In this document: one piece after another, positions 59,981-64,000 of the stretch | Layout of the letters: every line of letters begins with the position of its first letter | Position numbering within the stretch: position 1 is the first letter of the stretch | Assembly: GCA_013265495.1 (NCBI GenBank) | Contig: MU058844.1 | Location: forward strand, 998,941-1,062,940 | Length of the DNA: 64,000 bases | From: Vicugna vicugna | Lineage: Eukaryota | Direction of reading: 5' to 3' | The notes under the pieces: model-generated | Databases searched by the model: none | What the model was told of the DNA's origin: nothing | Seen by the model: only the letters and a program-made list of their open reading frames with translations | Position numbers and translations under genes: made by a program

Positions 59981-61679
59981 ACTTGGGTTGAATAAAAGAA
60001 GTAAGAGAAGACGATTGGAAGAAAATTATTTCAAGTTTGTGAGATGAGGAGAAGGATGTTTTATTCTTGATGATCTCGGAGGATTTATCAATAGTTGTGT
60101 TCAGGATCTTGTCCCTGAGATGAAATGCTTCTTTTAACAACAGACAGTATCTGCTGGTAAGCATTCATCCTTGGCCAGAAGATGGAGCACTTTTGTCTTC
60201 ATATTTTATTGATTCATCTGCCTGGAGATGAAAAGCCAAGAAAGAACTTTTTTTTTTCCTGACTCTAACAGCCGTTTTCCCTTTTCTCCTAAAGGAGTGA
60301 AAGAACTCAGGTAAATGTAGGAAAGATGATTGAAAGTGGGGAGAGGAGAAAGAGAGAAAAATGTCACTTGGCTTTTCAGACCCTTCCAGTGGCAAGCAAA
60401 GAGTTTGATAGATTCTGTGGCACAGGAAGACCTAGCAACAATTTGGTGGGACCCCACTGTTATGGTGGAGATAGGCAGTATGTAACTATTTTTAACATGC
60501 GTGTATGTTAGGGCTTGACATGTATCATAGTGCTGTTCAGTACTAAAGCAGCGTAGATGAAATGAACAATTCTCCCTGTGTGCTGGGAAAGAAACCATCC
60601 TAATAACCCACAGAGAGATGAAAACATGAAGTGTGGAGCTTAATTAAGTTAAGTCTCTGCAAGAGAAAGTGAGATTCTCTTTTCATTAGCAAGCTTTGAA
60701 TCATTTTCAGATATGGTTAGGAAGAACAGTATTAGATTATTCACTAAACACCCACTTGGAAAGAATTATCTCAAACCACATTTCCATCCTGTTTTGAGAA
60801 CTAGATAGTGAACTCTGCACAAAATTTTGCCACCTCCTATCAGTTAGCTTCAGGAGACATTTATTTAGTTAAATGTCACTGAAAGCAAAACAAAATATAT
60901 TGATGTTCATTCCATAACTGTGTATACCATTGCTTCTACAATTTAAAGAGCCCTTCCAACAATGTGCTAGAAGAATATTATATGCAGAATCTGTTAGTAT
61001 AAAGCTAATTAAAAACATCAAAACTTTTATACATATATTGTCAAAAGTAGATGAACAGGTCTCAGGGGTAATTTCTTAGATTTCAAGATTAATTAATGTC
61101 TTATAATAACTTATTTAAACTACATGTGCAATCATATATCTAAACTTCCATAATTATCTCTTCTGGGATAATGATAAAGAATTTACTCCTGTTAAACTCT
61201 TCCCTTTGATTGTTTAGAATCTGACATCCTCTTATTGGATGCTTAGGTAATTTAAATGACAGTTTCAAATATAACATCTTATTGTAAATATATATTAAAT
61301 TCTGTTTCAAGATGAAATACAAACATTTGTAATTTGGGATTTAGAACAATTTAAATCATGAAAATATTTTTTTAAAAACTCACACTCGGTATTTTGTTGT
61401 ATGAAAATTAAACAAAATTTATCACAACATACTGGCAAGTATTTTAACTGTGAAAGGGTTTCATGCAAAATACTAGAGGCTAGTAAGAATCCTCTTTCTC
61501 CATAAAGAGACCTCTAAATGGCTTTACATTTTTCCACCCAAGATGTGAATGGAGAGAAGGACTCCAACTGTCAAGCCTTGAATTGAGACTGACATCTCTC
61601 AGTCTTCCAGTGCAGAGAGCTGCCATCTCTGGATGTGCCTTCCGTTCTCAGCCAGAACTCCTTTTCACAGGAGAGATGC

Positions 61680-61930
61680 CACCACTGTGGTTAGGAGCTT
61701 AAGCTCTGGAGACTGGCTTCAGATAACAGTTTTGCCACTTACAGTTATAGGACCTGGGGGAAGTCACACAAACTCTGTCTTGTTTTCACCATTTGTAAAA
61801 GGAGGATAATAAATACATCCACATCGTAAGAAGATTGTACGGATTAAATGAGGTAATGCAGGTACAGAATTTGGTACAATGTTCTTTCAGAAATAAATGC
61901 CCCCAAACAATAAGCTATTTTCATTATTAA
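61680..61930 (+). mobile_element. MIR SINE
   Basis: GTGGTTAGGAGC...TGCCACTTAC...ATTTGTAAAAGGAGGATAATAA...GGATTAAATGAGGTAATGCA. Confidence 0.82.
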
Positions 61931-62138
61931 TAACAAGAGAATAGAACCCATTATCTTCATTTAGACATTAAATAAATCAACTTGAATTGTTACCATTTAG
62001 TTTTATTCTTGAAATAACATTTTGTATTTATTTTATTACATGAGCATATGCAGCCATTATATTACAAATTATAAATTCACATAAGCAAGAAGAAAATTTC
62101 TAAGTCTTACCATCCAGAGAAGACGTCTATAATAACAT

Positions 62139-62164
62139 CACACACACACACACACACACACACA
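62139..62164. repeat. (CA)13 microsatellite
   Basis: Uninterrupted CA run. Confidence 0.95.
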
Positions 62165-62269
62165 TGCCTTTTTTCCCCATGCAGATATACGTCTCTGTTA
62201 TGCATAAATAATCCCATTCAAACCAAAGTGGGATAAAAACTCTATACATGTTTGTTGAAAGCCACACAC

Positions 62270-62430
62270 TGGACCCAAACTGCCCTGATTTAATTCCTGA
62301 CTTCGCCACTCAATAGACTCTATGACCTTGGGAAAATTACTGATCTGTTTTATGTGTTGATTTCTTCATCTGTAAAGAGGATGTCCGCCAGTGTTGTGAG
62401 GATTAAGTAAGAATTTATATAACGCATAGC
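62270..62430 (+). mobile_element. MIR SINE
   Basis: CGCCACTCAATAG...TGACCTTGGGAAAATTACT...TTCTTCATCTGTAAA...GTTGTGAGGATTAA. Confidence 0.8.
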
Positions 62431-64000
62431 ACACTTTATTATAGAAATCCCTGTTTAGGATGTATCTTTTAAGGATCTCATTTTAAGGGCCTTTCACTGG
62501 TAAAACGTCAGGACCCAGTGTGGATCTATTCCTGTTACTTCTTCTCTCTGTCACCTTGATTCTCTAGGCCTCTAATTGTTCACATGACCAGTGTTGAAAT
62601 TCCTCTGACTTACAGGTGATTTATAGAGAAGTCTAGCTCAGTTGAGCTACTGTAAGTATCTACAGTAAGATTATTTTTCCCAATAGGGTTTAACCAGGTG
62701 GAGAGTAAGAACTGTATCTTATATTTCTTCGTATTCCCCATGTGTCTACATACTGTGCTTTGAATATTAAAAATGTTGTGGTTTTTGAAAGAGTACCTGA
62801 AAAGACCATAAAGTAACATTCATCAACTGAGAAAAAGTTTACTCAGTGTTCTAAATGGGTTACTTGTGTTTTTTCACTTTAGGAAGAGGCAATGGAATGT
62901 GCTGATACAAATTTTTATATAATATTGCTTGAACTGTGTTAGAATTTTTTTGGCTTTGCTTTCAGGTTCTTATAGCATTAAATATCTTTTCTTCAAGTTG
63001 GCATTTGCTTTTTGCTGTTTGTCTGTACAAAGTGTAAGGCAAAAGATGAAAGTAGTGCTCTAAAAAACTGAAATCTCTCCAAAGGTGATTGCAACAAAAA
63101 GTATCTACTGCAACTTTATAATTAAAGCTCTTGATGAAATGCACAGGTTGAATTAATTTTTTTGAGAAGTCCTCCTTTCTGCCTTCTCCCTTTTTAAAAG
63201 ATGAATTCATTTAACTGAAACCAGCCAGAGGAAGGAAACAGTATGCAGGCTTGAAATTTTGTTTGGAAACAATTAAGTTCTGTCTTTCCCAAAATGTAGA
63301 TTGTGCAATTAATAGGGAACTTGGCTAGAGCAAGACTGTTTGCAAAATGTAGTTAGAAGATTGACTGATTTTTAGTTAATATGCTGTTTGTACTTAATAA
63401 CATTTAACTTGAACATGTACTTACATGAAAGTTATTCTTTTAAGATATACTGAAGAAATAGGTGGCATATATTTTGAGAAAATACCTAGTTTTCAGTAAA
63501 AAAGAAACAAACAAACACCCTACACTCAGAAGAGATGAATATCCTCATCGACTTTAAGTAGGAGGAAACTGTGTTAGGATGTATAACAGTTTACTTAAAA
63601 GATTCATTCTGTGTAAAACTTACTTTGAAGAAGCAAAACTCAACTGTAAAACATTTTAATACCATTTTTTTTGCTTTCAAATACATCTAGTCACTGAAAG
63701 TAGCCTAATAAAATTTTGTCTGGTAGAGAACATTAGGGGAATTGCTTTAATAAATAAAAAAGATTTTTAATTAACATTGTCAGTAAAAGAGGTCCTTCTT
63801 AAGTCTTTGAAAACTACTTAAAAACAGCTTCCTCTCTTCAATAGATTGTTTCAGTTACAATCTTCCTCTCACTATTTCTCCTTCACAGGTAGTGAAAGAT
63901 AGTTTGAGTTCTGTCCTTGTTAAGCATCACGCTTCTCCAGCAAGTGGGGCATGAAGAAATGAAATGTTAAACATCTGAAGAACTTTGCTGTGACACGTCA

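Noticed and set aside
1..64000. The many 60-140 aa ORFs in the supplied track as protein-coding genes
   Set aside because: Apart from the FTL and L1 remnants, none resembles a protein I recognise. Many start at non-ATG codons or lie in repeats, as expected by chance.
1..64000. CRISPR array, CpG-island promoter, NUMT or prokaryotic-type system
   Set aside because: No regularly spaced repeats, no CpG island and no mitochondrial-like sequence seen. The DNA is clearly mammalian.

Overview
Mammalian, repeat-rich, essentially non-coding DNA (intergenic or deep intronic). It is most likely from a camelid, because it carries two tRNA-derived SINEs matching the vic-1 type and the FTL copy has artiodactyl-like residues. 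I found no intact protein-coding gene. The only recognisable gene-derived sequence is a full-length processed ferritin light chain (FTL) pseudogene (about 47585-48481, +), with a mutated iron-responsive element, two nonsense codons, a 1-bp frameshift, a poly(A) tail and a target-site duplication (TSD). The rest is L1, L2, CR1/L3, MIR, MaLR/ERV solo LTRs, hAT (MER5, MER63) elements and microsatellites. The best second-look items are two poly(A)-less internal L1 fragments with long TSDs, a three-layer MIR/MLT1/L1 nest, a 24-nt minus-strand microexon candidate in repeat-free sequence, and a strong CTCF-like motif. I see no convincing evidence of a new biological system. Repeat family names come from recalled consensus similarity, not a search, and boundaries without TSDs are approximate.
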